Shown: piece by piece, positions 18,478-28,845 of the stretch
How positions within the stretch are numbered: position 1 is the first letter of the stretch
Layout of the letters: each line of letters begins with the position of its first letter
Made by a program: the position numbers and the translations under genes
Notes under the pieces: generated by a model
What the model was told of the DNA's origin: nothing
What the model saw: only the letters and a program-made list of their open reading frames with translations
The model's database searches: none
Virus record (IMG/VR): IMGVR_UViG_3300032295_004079
Location: 48,984-112,983 of that record
Length of the DNA: 64,000 bases
Source of the DNA: a virus
Taxonomy: Duplodnaviria; Caudoviricetes
Direction: 5' to 3' (one strand)

Positions 18478-19914
18478 ATGAATAAAAGTTTTGATTATAT
18501 CCCAAAGGATAAAAGAAAAAAAATCGTTTTAATTTGTGATGACATTAGAGTTCATTCTGGAGTAGCAACAGTTGCTAGAGAAATTGTTACTCACACTTGT
18601 CATCATTTTAATTGGGTTAATATTGGGGGTGCTATTAATCACCCAGATAAAGGTAAAAAATTAGACTTAAGCGCAGATAGTAATAAAATAGCAGAAATTG
18701 AAGATTCATATGTTATGATGTATCCTACTAATGGATATGGTGATGCTGATTTTTTACGTCAGGTAATTAAAATAGAAAAACCTGATGCTATAATGTTAAT
18801 TACAGACCCTAGATATTTTGTATGGTTATTTAACATTGAGCAAGAAATTAGAAAAAATATCCCAATTACATATTTGAACATTTGGGATGACTATCCTGCT
18901 CCTATGTACAATAGACCTTATTATGAGGCTTGTGATTTGTTGATGGGCATTTCAAAACAAACTGTTAATATTAACCAACTAGTTTTAGGTGATAAAGGTA
19001 AAAATAAAGTATTTAGATATATTCCTCACGGTTTAAATCATAATGTTTATAAACCAGTAGAGGAAAATGATCCTGAATTAAAGAAATTTAAGAAAGAATT
19101 TTTTGGAAATGACAACCCAGATTTTGTTCTATTCTTTAATTCCCGTAATATTAGAAGAAAACAAATCCCAGATGCAATGTTAGCATTTAGAGCATTTTTA
19201 GATAGTTTACCTAAAGAAAAAGCTGATAAATGCCAAATGGTATTACATACTGAAATTGTAAGTGAGCACGGTACAGATTTAGCAAAAGTTAAAGAGTATT
19301 TCTTTAATGAAAATTACCCTAATGCTATCAAGTTTTCTACTCAAAAATTATCTTCAATTCAACTTAACTATTTGTACAATATCGCAGATGCTCAAATATT
19401 GTTAACTTCTAACGAAGGATGGGGTTTAACTATTACAGAGGCAATTTTAGCAGGTACTCCTATTATTGCTAACGTTACAGGTGGTATGCAAGATCAAATG
19501 AGATTTGAAAATAAAGATGGAAAATGGTTTACTCCAACCGCAGACTTTCCTTCAAACCACAATGGAACACTAACTAAACATGGAGAATGGGCATTTCCAG
19601 TTTATCCAACCTCTAGATCAATCCAAGGTTCTCCCCAAACTCCTTATATTTTTGATGATAGATGTAAATGGGAAGATGCAACTGAAAGAATTAAAGAAAT
19701 TTATAACTTGCCTAGAGCTGAACGTAAAGCAAGAGGATTAAAAGGTAGAGAATGGGCAATTGAAGAAGCAGGATTTACCTCAGAAAAACAGGCCGAAAGA
19801 GTTATGGAAGCATTTAATGAGTTATTTTCTACTTGGAAACCTAAAGAAAAGTACGAGATTACTAATGCTACAGAGTATAAAGGAAAGTTTTTACCACATA
19901 AAATTTATTATTAA
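18478..19914 (+). CDS. Glycosyltransferase, GT-B/GT4
   Basis: HSGVA, RNIRRKQ, NEGWGL...EA..AGTP. Confidence 0.88.
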   Translation: MNKSFDYIPKDKRKKIVLICDDIRVHSGVATVAREIVTHTCHHFNWVNIGGAINHPDKGKKLDLSADSNKIAEIEDSYVMMYPTNGYGDADFLRQVIKIEKPDAIMLITDPRYFVWLFNIEQEIRKNIPITYLNIWDDYPAPMYNRPYYEACDLLMGISKQTVNINQLVLGDKGKNKVFRYIPHGLNHNVYKPVEENDPELKKFKKEFFGNDNPDFVLFFNSRNIRRKQIPDAMLAFRAFLDSLPKEKADKCQMVLHTEIVSEHGTDLAKVKEYFFNENYPNAIKFSTQKLSSIQLNYLYNIADAQILLTSNEGWGLTITEAILAGTPIIANVTGGMQDQMRFENKDGKWFTPTADFPSNHNGTLTKHGEWAFPVYPTSRSIQGSPQTPYIFDDRCKWEDATERIKEIYNLPRAERKARGLKGREWAIEEAGFTSEKQAERVMEAFNELFSTWKPKEKYEITNATEYKGKFLPHKIYY

Positions 19915-21206
19915 TGAACAAACCAGTTTTTGTAATTAGCAGCCCCTATGACACTTATTCAGGATATGGGGCTAGAGCTAGAGATATTATTCAAGCAATT
20001 TTAAATCTAGACAAATATGATGTAAAACTTTTACCTCAAAGATGGGGAAGTACTGCTTGGGGATTTTGTGAAGATAATCCTGAATGGAACCATCTCCATC
20101 AATACAGATTAGATTCCCCTACTTTAAATAGCAAACCTGACATTTGGATGCAGATTACTATTCCAAATGAATTTCAATCAGTTGGAAAATACAATATTGG
20201 GGTAACAGCTGGAATTGAATCTAATTTATGTAAAGCTGAATGGATTGAGGGTTTGAATAGAATGGATAGGAATTGGGTTTCTTCTAATTTTGCAAAACAT
20301 ACCTTTGAAAATAGCAAATACGAAAGGAGGAATACTCAAACTAATAATATTGAAGGGTATGTCCAACTAGAAAAACCAGTTGAAGTAGTATTTGAAGGAG
20401 CAAATTTAGATGTTTATAAATCTATTGAACCTAAAGAAATCAAAACTATTAATTTAGATGAAATTAAAGAATCTTTTTGTTACTTGTTTGTAGGTCATTG
20501 GATGAATGGTGATTTTGGACATGATAGAAAAAATGTATCTTTGTTAATTAAATCTTTTTATGAAGTATTTAAAGACAAACCCCAAAAACCAGCTTTAATT
20601 TTAAAAGCCTCAATTGGTATTGCCTCTTACATTAGTCGAGATGAAATTTTAGATAGAATTAAAATTATCAGAGAATCTGTAAATTCTACTAATTTGCCTA
20701 ACATTTATGTTCTAAACGGAGAATTTAGTGATGGGGAAATGAATGAACTGTATAACCACCCTAAAGTAAAAGCTATGTTGTCTTTTACTAAAGGAGAAGG
20801 ATTTGGAAGACCTTTACTAGAGTTTAGTTTAACAGGTAAACCTATTATAGCCTCAGGATGGTCGGGTCATACAGATTTTTTAAAACAAAATCTAAGTACC
20901 CTAATTTCAGGAGAACTAGAAAATGTTCACCCTAGTGCGGCTAATGATTGGTTAATTAAAGAAAGTAAATGGTTTAAACCTAGTACGGTTGAAATTGGAA
21001 GACACCTAAAAGATTCATATGCTAAATACAAACAATATGTTTTAGGAGGAAAACAACAAAAACAATATTCTAAAAGTAATTTTAGCTTTGAAAAAATGCA
21101 AGAATTAATTTCTACCATTTTAGAAAAAAGTGTTCCTGACTTTCCAAAACAAGTAGAATTGGTGTTACCCAAAATCGAATTTTCAAAACTTAAAAAAATA
21201 GAATAA
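19914..21206 (+). CDS. Glycosyltransferase, GT-B/GT4
   Basis: SGYG, DRKN, GEGFGRPLLE, SGWSGH.DF. Confidence 0.88.
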   Translation: MNKPVFVISSPYDTYSGYGARARDIIQAILNLDKYDVKLLPQRWGSTAWGFCEDNPEWNHLHQYRLDSPTLNSKPDIWMQITIPNEFQSVGKYNIGVTAGIESNLCKAEWIEGLNRMDRNWVSSNFAKHTFENSKYERRNTQTNNIEGYVQLEKPVEVVFEGANLDVYKSIEPKEIKTINLDEIKESFCYLFVGHWMNGDFGHDRKNVSLLIKSFYEVFKDKPQKPALILKASIGIASYISRDEILDRIKIIRESVNSTNLPNIYVLNGEFSDGEMNELYNHPKVKAMLSFTKGEGFGRPLLEFSLTGKPIIASGWSGHTDFLKQNLSTLISGELENVHPSAANDWLIKESKWFKPSTVEIGRHLKDSYAKYKQYVLGGKQQKQYSKSNFSFEKMQELISTILEKSVPDFPKQVELVLPKIEFSKLKKIE

Positions 21207-21207
21207 T

Positions 21208-21651
21208 ATGCAATATGATAATTTAACAGAATGTAGTAGGTGTGGCAGTGATGCTTGCTATATTCAAGAAATTACTTCTGAAATCAAACTAGAATTTTGT
21301 TATGGATGTGGATTTCAGTCTCATTCACTAATGAAACCAGGAACTGAATTCTTTACTGAACAGTTAGCTTTACTTCCAGATTTATACAAATCTTTGCTAG
21401 AGGAAGAGGAAGAAACAGGTAAAGTTTGGATGCCATCTTTTATCAATGTAGCAGAAAAAGGAATGGTATTTGCAGATGGAACAGGTAGAGACAATTGGAG
21501 ATGGGCTGGGGTAAAATCAGTACCTGTTTCTAAAGAAGAAAAGAAAAAATACAAAGATTCAAAGTATAGAGCAGACATGTCTACAATAAAACATTTTGGA
21601 GAACGTGACTTTATGGAGGCTTTATCGTATATTCAAGTGTTACCTGAATAA
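21208..21651 (+). CDS. Zn-ribbon hypothetical protein
   Basis: CSRC...CYGCG. Confidence 0.6.
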   Translation: MQYDNLTECSRCGSDACYIQEITSEIKLEFCYGCGFQSHSLMKPGTEFFTEQLALLPDLYKSLLEEEEETGKVWMPSFINVAEKGMVFADGTGRDNWRWAGVKSVPVSKEEKKKYKDSKYRADMSTIKHFGERDFMEALSYIQVLPE

Positions 21652-21658
21652 AAAAAAC

Positions 21659-21997
21659 ATGCAAAGATTTCTAGAAAAAATATCTTGGAAATTTAGAAGA
21701 ATTAATATAACTTTTTCCCCTCTCCATATTGACTGGAGTGGGGCATCAAGCTATTTTAGTTTTAGTATCTTCAAAATAGCATATAATCTTAGAGCTTATT
21801 CATTAGTTGAAGTAGTTTTACTACTGCCCAATAAAACAACACATAAACATTTTTATGTATATTCCTGGGATTTTTTGTTTTTGAGAGGATATTTACTATA
21901 TTTAAGTGATAGTTTATCTGATAAGAAGGTTTGGAACAGAAATAAATTGACTAGTTGGGATAAGTTTAGATTAAAAATTTTAAACAAAATACTATGA
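21659..21997 (+). CDS. Hypothetical protein
   Basis: Fills gap in operon; start uncertain. Confidence 0.45.
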   Translation: MQRFLEKISWKFRRINITFSPLHIDWSGASSYFSFSIFKIAYNLRAYSLVEVVLLLPNKTTHKHFYVYSWDFLFLRGYLLYLSDSLSDKKVWNRNKLTSWDKFRLKILNKIL

Positions 21998-22620
21998 AGA
22001 TTTCATATGCAATAACAGTAAAGGATGAATTAATTGAGTTAGATAGACTTTTATTTAAACTTGAAAATCACAAAAGAGATAAGGATGAAATTGTAGTTGT
22101 GTACGATAGTGCAAATGGGAGAGAAAATGTAAATCAATATTTAAGAGCTAAAACAGTCAATAAAAGTTTTTTTAGATGGCATGCCTTTGAATTCAAAAAT
22201 GATTTTTCGGAATTAAAAAATTATTTAACCAAACAATGTACTGGTGATTATATTTTTCAAATAGATGCCGATGAAATCCCACATGAATATCTAATTTCAA
22301 TATTACCCACCATACTAGAGTCAAACCTTGAAACCGAAGTATATCTAACACCAAGAGTTAACACTGTAGAAGATATTACCCAAGACCACATTCAAAAATG
22401 GGGATGGAGAGTGGATGAAAAAGGATGGATCAATTATCCTGATTACCAATGGAGAATTTGGAAAAACAAACCTGAAATAAAGTGGATAAATAAAGTTCAT
22501 GAAAGGTTGGATGGGTTTAAAACTTATGTAGCTTTACCACCACAAGAAGAATTTTCTTTATATCACCCAAAAACTATAGAAAAACAAGAAAAACAAAACA
22601 ATTATTATAATACACTATGA
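21994..22620 (+). CDS. Glycosyltransferase, GT2
   Basis: ISYAITV, QIDADE, VHE. Confidence 0.88.
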   Translation: MKISYAITVKDELIELDRLLFKLENHKRDKDEIVVVYDSANGRENVNQYLRAKTVNKSFFRWHAFEFKNDFSELKNYLTKQCTGDYIFQIDADEIPHEYLISILPTILESNLETEVYLTPRVNTVEDITQDHIQKWGWRVDEKGWINYPDYQWRIWKNKPEIKWINKVHERLDGFKTYVALPPQEEFSLYHPKTIEKQEKQNNYYNTL

Positions 22621-23759
22621 AAAAAGTATGGTATGCCCCTAATAAACTAGAAGCTTATGGGGAAGAAGAAATAAAAGCAGTTGAACAATGTCTTCGAGAC
22701 GGTTGGTTAGCAGGTTTTGGCCCACGTTCTATTGAATTTGAAGAAAAAATTGCAAAAGAATTTGGGAAAAAATTTGGTGTATTTGTAAATTCTGGCTCAT
22801 CTGCTTGTTTACTTGCTATTGCATCCATGGATTTACCTAAAGGATCTAAAATCATTACTCCTGCCTGTACGTTTTCAACTACACTGGCTCCTATTATCCA
22901 ACTTGGATACAAGCCAGTATTTGTAGATGTGGGATTGAATGATTATGTAGCAGATATTGAACAAGTAGTAAATGCTATTACAGAAGAAGTAAAAGCTATT
23001 ATGTTACCTAATCTAATTGGAAACAAACCAAACTGGAAGCTTTTAAGACAAATTCTTAAAAATATGAATAGAGAAGATATTGTTCTCATTGAAGATTCAG
23101 CTGATACAGTAACTGAAACTCTAGAATCAGATATCTCAACTACTAGTTTTTATGCTTCTCACGTTATTACAGCAGGCGGAATGGGAGGAATGGTAATGTT
23201 TAATGACGAAAAATATGTTAAACGTGCTTTAATGTTTAGAGATTGGGGTCGTATTGGAGATAATAGCGAAGATATGAGCGAACGTTTTGCACATGATGTT
23301 GATGGTTTGCCTTATGACTATAAGTTCTTATATGGTGTTTTAGGATATAACATGAAGTGTAGTGAAATGAGTGCTGCATTTGGCTTAGTACAACTAGAAC
23401 GTTTCCAAACCTTTAAAAACAAACGTAGAGATAATATCAAGAGATATCTAGAAAACCTTAAAGATGTTAAAGAACTTATTTTACCTGACGATAGTATAGA
23501 ACCTAACTGGCTTGCTATTCCCCTTCAAACTGAACGTAGACTAGAATTGCTTAATTTCTTGGAAAGTAATAATATTCAAACTAGAGTTACATTTGCAGGT
23601 AATGTTACTAGACACCCTATTTACAGAGAATATCTACAAGAATTCAAAAATTCAGATCTAATAATGAAAAACGGATTTTTGTTAGGTGCTCATCATGGGA
23701 TGGATCTAGATGATGTAGATTATGTTTGTGATAAAATTAAAGAATTCTTTAATCAATGA
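22617..23759 (+). CDS. DegT/RfbH-family PLP enzyme, His-type (3-dehydratase-like)
   Basis: VNSGSSA, SFYASHVIT with His at the PLP-Lys position, FRDWGR, GYN. Confidence 0.8.
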   Translation: MKKVWYAPNKLEAYGEEEIKAVEQCLRDGWLAGFGPRSIEFEEKIAKEFGKKFGVFVNSGSSACLLAIASMDLPKGSKIITPACTFSTTLAPIIQLGYKPVFVDVGLNDYVADIEQVVNAITEEVKAIMLPNLIGNKPNWKLLRQILKNMNREDIVLIEDSADTVTETLESDISTTSFYASHVITAGGMGGMVMFNDEKYVKRALMFRDWGRIGDNSEDMSERFAHDVDGLPYDYKFLYGVLGYNMKCSEMSAAFGLVQLERFQTFKNKRRDNIKRYLENLKDVKELILPDDSIEPNWLAIPLQTERRLELLNFLESNNIQTRVTFAGNVTRHPIYREYLQEFKNSDLIMKNGFLLGAHHGMDLDDVDYVCDKIKEFFNQ

Positions 23760-24172
23760 TACAATATTTCTCTAAAATAGATCCCCAAAAACTACTGCAT
23801 GTGGTAGTTAGAAAAGAAGATTTAACTCCTGGGAGAGTAGAAGTAGTACCTGAAGATAATTTTATCCAATGTGCTCTTCTTAATATGGAAAAAGGTAAAA
23901 CTTTTAAACCACACAGACATATCTTTAAAGAGAGAACTAGAAATGTTATAGCTCAAGAGAGTTGGATTGTGGTTCAAGGTAGTGTAAAATGTACTTTTTA
24001 TGATCTAGATAATTCAGTACTAGTTGAACCTATCCTAAACCCAGGAGATGCTTCTTTTACACTAGAAGGAGGACATACCTACACTATTTTAGAAGACAAC
24101 ACTTTGGTGTATGAATACAAAACAGGACCTTATGAAGGTCAGGCTTTAGATAAAATATTTTTAAATGACTAA
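23756..24172 (+). CDS. Cupin (WbuC-like)
   Basis: PHRH, QE, GGH, YEYKTGPY. Confidence 0.7.
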   Translation: MIQYFSKIDPQKLLHVVVRKEDLTPGRVEVVPEDNFIQCALLNMEKGKTFKPHRHIFKERTRNVIAQESWIVVQGSVKCTFYDLDNSVLVEPILNPGDASFTLEGGHTYTILEDNTLVYEYKTGPYEGQALDKIFLND

Positions 24173-24677
24173 GGATATTTTTATTCACAAAGATGCAGAA
24201 TTCAAAATAGATCCTGTAATGGGGGATCATATTGCAATTGATAAAGGGGTGTATTGTACCGTTAATATTACAATCGGAGAATACACCCATATCTCCCCAT
24301 ATGTTACTATTATTGGTGGAAAAAACGCGTACTTCTACAGTAATGGTTTCAATAATATAATGGCGGGTGCACGAATTATCTGTGGATCAGACAGATTTGA
24401 TGGTTCGGGATTATTTGGAGCTATGATTCCAAATGAATTTAAAGGTAAACAAATTATGAAACCTGTAGTAATGGAAAAATTTTCTAACATAGGAACTAAT
24501 GCTATTGTTTTACCTGGTTCTACTTTAAGAGAAGGAGTACTTTTAGCCGCGGGAAGTTTACTAATGGGTGATACTGAAGCTTGGGGTGTGTATAAGGGCA
24601 ATCCTGCTGTTTTAGTTAAAAAAATAGATCCAACACTTACAAAACAAAAATATAATGAACTTTCAAGCCGTAACTGA
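24165..24677 (+). CDS. Hexapeptide-repeat acyltransferase
   Basis: IG...I repeats, IGTNAIVLPG, GNPA. Confidence 0.85.
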   Translation: MTKDIFIHKDAEFKIDPVMGDHIAIDKGVYCTVNITIGEYTHISPYVTIIGGKNAYFYSNGFNNIMAGARIICGSDRFDGSGLFGAMIPNEFKGKQIMKPVVMEKFSNIGTNAIVLPGSTLREGVLLAAGSLLMGDTEAWGVYKGNPAVLVKKIDPTLTKQKYNELSSRN

Positions 24678-25242
24678 ATTTGAAAATAAATTAGCTGAGT
24701 TTTTTGGTTCTCCTTATGCTATAGCTACAGATTGTTGTACTCATGGGGTTGAATTATCTTTAAGGTACACAAAAGCTAAAGTTATAGAGGTTCCAAAACA
24801 TACTTACTTGTCTATTCCTTTTTTAGCTGATAAACTAAATATAGAACTAAAATGGAAAGATGATAACTGGAAAGATTATTATTATCTAACCGATAAAGTT
24901 ATTGACGCAGCTGTGCTTTGGAAGAAAAATAGCTATATTCCTGGAACTTACATGAGTATCTCATTTCAGTACCAAAAACACTTGTCTTTGGGAAGAGGTG
25001 GTGTTATATTAACAGATGATAAAAATGCAGCTGAGGAATTAAAAAAGATGAGCTATGATGGTAGATTACCTAACATACCCTGGAGAGAACAAGATATAAC
25101 AACCATGGGGTACCATTATTACATGACCCCAGAAACCGCCCAATTAGGGTTGAATAAACTAGAAAATGCAATTAATTCCCAACCTAGACAATGGGTTGTA
25201 GAAGATTGGCCTAATTTAACTAACATGAAAATTTTTAAATAA
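24655..25242 (+). CDS. Short DegT-like PLP aminotransferase
   Basis: DAA, SFQYQKHL, GGVILTDD, YDGR. Confidence 0.72.
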   Translation: MNFQAVTEFENKLAEFFGSPYAIATDCCTHGVELSLRYTKAKVIEVPKHTYLSIPFLADKLNIELKWKDDNWKDYYYLTDKVIDAAVLWKKNSYIPGTYMSISFQYQKHLSLGRGGVILTDDKNAAEELKKMSYDGRLPNIPWREQDITTMGYHYYMTPETAQLGLNKLENAINSQPRQWVVEDWPNLTNMKIFK

Positions 25243-26216
25243 TGAAAAAAGCTTTTATTACAGGTATAGGGGGACAAGATGGTTCTTATCTAGCAGAATA
25301 TCTCTTAGATTTAGGGTATGAAGTCCATGGAATTATTAGAAGAAATTCTACTCCTGAACATCAACAATCTCGATTAGATGGGATAAGAACTAATCCAAAT
25401 CTTCATATATCTTATGGTGATTTACTAGATATTTCAGGTATTGAACGTCTACTATCTCAAATCCAACCTGATGAGATTTATAATTTAGCAGCCCAATCTC
25501 ACGTGAGAATTAGTTTTGAAATTCCACAATTTACAATCCAAGCTAATGCTTTAGGAGTAGTTAATGTACTGGAAGCTATGAAAAATAACTGCCCAAATGC
25601 TAAATTTTATCAAGCAAGTTCCTCTGAAATGTTTGGTAGTGCTGTAGATGAAGATGGTTTTCAAAGAGAAACTACTAGGATGAATCCTGTATCTCCATAT
25701 GGATGTGCAAAAGTATTTGGTTATAATATAGTTCGTAACTATAGAAATGCCTATAATTTACATTTATCAAATGGTATTTTGTTTAACCATGAATCTCCTC
25801 GTAGAGGTTCTAACTTTGTAACCAATAAAGTAGTTAAAGCAGCCATAAGAATTAGCTTAGGCCTTCAGGATAAATTAGAATTAGGTAACTTAGATGCTTA
25901 TAGAGATTGGGGTCACTCAAAAGATTATATTAAGGCTATGCATTTAATTTTACAACAACCTAACCCTGGAGATTGGGTAGTAGCTACAGGTGAAACTCGT
26001 TCTGTGAGAGATATGTGTAAATATGTTTTTGAAAAACTAAATCTTAACTATGAAGATTATATTGTTCAAAATCAAAAATTCCTCCGTCCTGAAGAATTAA
26101 AATACCTAAAAGGAGATTCTACTAGAATAAGAGAACTAGGATGGAAACCTGAATATACTTTCGAAAGTATGATGGACGAAATGATTGAATTTTGGGTTAA
26201 GTATTATAATAAATGA
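25242..26216 (+). CDS. gmd: GDP-mannose 4,6-dehydratase
   Basis: GQDGSYLAE, AAQSHV, QASSSE, SPYGCAK, FNHESPRRG, RDWG. Confidence 0.96.
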   Translation: MKKAFITGIGGQDGSYLAEYLLDLGYEVHGIIRRNSTPEHQQSRLDGIRTNPNLHISYGDLLDISGIERLLSQIQPDEIYNLAAQSHVRISFEIPQFTIQANALGVVNVLEAMKNNCPNAKFYQASSSEMFGSAVDEDGFQRETTRMNPVSPYGCAKVFGYNIVRNYRNAYNLHLSNGILFNHESPRRGSNFVTNKVVKAAIRISLGLQDKLELGNLDAYRDWGHSKDYIKAMHLILQQPNPGDWVVATGETRSVRDMCKYVFEKLNLNYEDYIVQNQKFLRPEELKYLKGDSTRIRELGWKPEYTFESMMDEMIEFWVKYYNK

Positions 26217-27091
26217 GCAATTATATAACTTTAAAAGAAATGGGGTCTTCTGGGGGGCTATGCTCCCAACTCCAAATTTTTGCCTCACTAGTAGCAGTTG
26301 CAAAAGCAAATAATTTAAAAATTGCATTTTCTGAAAACATGATTAAAAATCATGGAGTAGGTATCCGAATATTTGATTTATTAGATTTATCCTCAGAATA
26401 TGAATTAAAACCTGAAGAATTTTTTAGTAATTTTAGAGATAAACATATTAATTTTCATACCACAAGATATGATGAAAGTTTATTTAATCTAGAATCAGGA
26501 TTTAATTATAACTTAGTTGGAAGATTTGATTTATACACTTATTGGTATAATAGTGTTGGAGAAAAAGTATCAAAATGGGAATACCAACCAGAACTAAAAA
26601 TCCAAGCGCAAGAAAGATTAGATCAAATAAAAAAATACTTTGGTAATGATAAACCCTTAGTTAGTATTCATATTAGAAGAGGAGATTATTTGCTCCCCCA
26701 ATATTCTTTTTGTATATTAGACCATGAATATTACACTAAAGCTATAGTAGATCATTTTCTACCTATAGAAGATTATAACTTTGTAGTTTTTTCTAATGAT
26801 ATAGAATTTGCTAAAAATCTATTTGTTGGTGACAATATATGGTTTGTAGATCCTATTGGAGGAGAAAAAATATGCACCGATTCAGAAAAAGAAGATTTAA
26901 CACTTTTAAGTTTGTGTGATCATCACATTATAAGTAATAGTTCGTATCCTTGGTGGGGTGCGTATTTAAGTAAAAATAAAGATAAAAAAATTATATGCCC
27001 CACAAATTATTTAAAATCTTACCACCAGTCATCTTGGATAAACGGAAATTGGTATCCTCCTAACTGGTTTAACATTAATAACAAAACTTAA
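26213..27091 (+). CDS. GT11 alpha-1,2-fucosyltransferase-like
   Basis: HIRRGDY, FSND, SNSSYPWWGAYL. Confidence 0.88.
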   Translation: MSNYITLKEMGSSGGLCSQLQIFASLVAVAKANNLKIAFSENMIKNHGVGIRIFDLLDLSSEYELKPEEFFSNFRDKHINFHTTRYDESLFNLESGFNYNLVGRFDLYTYWYNSVGEKVSKWEYQPELKIQAQERLDQIKKYFGNDKPLVSIHIRRGDYLLPQYSFCILDHEYYTKAIVDHFLPIEDYNFVVFSNDIEFAKNLFVGDNIWFVDPIGGEKICTDSEKEDLTLLSLCDHHIISNSSYPWWGAYLSKNKDKKIICPTNYLKSYHQSSWINGNWYPPNWFNINNKT

Positions 27092-27093
27092 TT

Positions 27094-28044
27094 ATGAATA
27101 AAATAGTATATGTTACAGGTTGTCTAGGATTTATTGGTTCCTATGTAACCCGCAAATGCCTAGAAAGAGGTTGGTACGTAAGAGGAATTGATAAGATAAC
27201 TTATGCCTCTAACCCTAATTTGTTATATGAATTTCTCGAATATCCTAATTTTGTATTTGAAGAAAAAGATATTAATGACATTGAATTTCTTTATGAATGT
27301 GATTATTTCATAAACACAGCTGCTGAAACGCATGTAGGAAATTCAATTGTGAAAAGTGAAGATTTTCTCTATTCTAATGTAAACGGAGTATACCATATTC
27401 TTGAATTACTTAGGAATTATCGCCAAGAAAGCTCTACTCTTCCTACTTTTATCCACTTCAGTACAGATGAGGTTTATGGAGATATTGAAAATGGATCACA
27501 CGGAGAAAAAGATATATTAAAACCATCTAACCCATATGCTGCAACAAAGGCAGCAGCAGATCAACTTATATTAGCGTGGGCCCGCACTTATAGTTTACCT
27601 TATGTTATTTTACGTCCTACTAACAACTATGGTATTGGTCAGTATGTTGAAAAACTTATCCCTAAGTCTGTTAAGTTTTTATCACTAGACAGAAAAATTC
27701 CTCTCCATAATGGTGGAACCCCCATTAGAAATTGGCTAAACGCTGATGATACAGCTGAAGCTGTAATGGTTGTTATTGATAACAAAGTCCAAAATGAAAT
27801 TTTTAACATTTGTGGTGGATTTGAACAAAGTAATTTGGAAACTGTAAGTAAAATTATTAATTTAATGTTGCCGAATGAAAATGTAGATGACCATTTAGAT
27901 CTGCATATTGTAAGAGTAGGTCAAGATATAAGATATGCTTTAGATGATTCTAAATTGAGAGCATTAGGTTGGTCTCCTAAAAAAATATTTGACCAAGAAC
28001 TTCCTAAAATTGTAGAATATTATAAAAATAACTTTATTTGGTAA
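27094..28044 (+). CDS. rfbB: dTDP-glucose 4,6-dehydratase-like
   Basis: GCLGFIGS, AAETHV, STDEVYG, NPYAATK, NNYG, EKLIP. Confidence 0.88.
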   Translation: MNKIVYVTGCLGFIGSYVTRKCLERGWYVRGIDKITYASNPNLLYEFLEYPNFVFEEKDINDIEFLYECDYFINTAAETHVGNSIVKSEDFLYSNVNGVYHILELLRNYRQESSTLPTFIHFSTDEVYGDIENGSHGEKDILKPSNPYAATKAAADQLILAWARTYSLPYVILRPTNNYGIGQYVEKLIPKSVKFLSLDRKIPLHNGGTPIRNWLNADDTAEAVMVVIDNKVQNEIFNICGGFEQSNLETVSKIINLMLPNENVDDHLDLHIVRVGQDIRYALDDSKLRALGWSPKKIFDQELPKIVEYYKNNFIW

Positions 28045-28844
28045 TGAACAACAGAGAATTTAAATGTGTTAAGATTTTAACAGATCTTATTGAAAACGAA
28101 GGATTAGTTGGTATTAAAACTAGTTTTGAAGACGAAGGAGCTTTATTTAATGAAACTATTCGTTTAAAAGAAATTTGCAACCAATCTAAAACCAAAATTA
28201 CTTTAAAGATTGGTGGACCTGAAGCTATTCGAGATTTGAAAGATTCAATGGTGATTGGAGTAAAGGGAATTGTTGCACCTATGGTAGAATCAGATTTTGG
28301 GCTCAGAAAATTTGTCCAAGCTACTAAAACTTATATCCCTGAAGATGTACGTTCTTCTCTTCAACTTAGTATTAATGTTGAAACCGCTACTGCTGTATCT
28401 AACATCGAAAAAATGGTAGCTACTTCTGAAGTAGAAGATTTGTACGGAATTACTGTAGGACGTGTAGATTTGGTTTCGTCTTTAGGAAAAGATCGTAATT
28501 ATGTAAATAGTGATGAAGTCTACAATATGGCTAAAACTGTTTTTACCCATGCTAAAGAAAAAGGATTAAAAGCTTGTTTAGGTGGAGCAATTTCTACAGA
28601 TTCCCTCCCATTTTTGAAGAAATTGAATTCTGAAGGATTGCTAGATAAGTTTGAGACTCGTTATGCAATGTTTGATCCTTCAATTACTTTAAAAAATCTA
28701 TCTAGAGCTTTATCTAAAGCCCAAATGTTTGAGTATGAATGGTTAATGGCAAAATATGAATTATATAGTTCAATGGCTAACCAAGATATCAAACGAATCC
28801 AAATGATCCAAGATCGTATCAATCAGTCTATGACATTTAAATAA
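28038..28844 (+). CDS. HpcH/HpaI aldolase / citrate-lyase-beta family protein
   Basis: KIGGPEA..D, APMVES, INVET, GRVDL. Confidence 0.75.
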   Translation: MVMNNREFKCVKILTDLIENEGLVGIKTSFEDEGALFNETIRLKEICNQSKTKITLKIGGPEAIRDLKDSMVIGVKGIVAPMVESDFGLRKFVQATKTYIPEDVRSSLQLSINVETATAVSNIEKMVATSEVEDLYGITVGRVDLVSSLGKDRNYVNSDEVYNMAKTVFTHAKEKGLKACLGGAISTDSLPFLKKLNSEGLLDKFETRYAMFDPSITLKNLSRALSKAQMFEYEWLMAKYELYSSMANQDIKRIQMIQDRINQSMTFK

Positions 28845-28845
28845 A

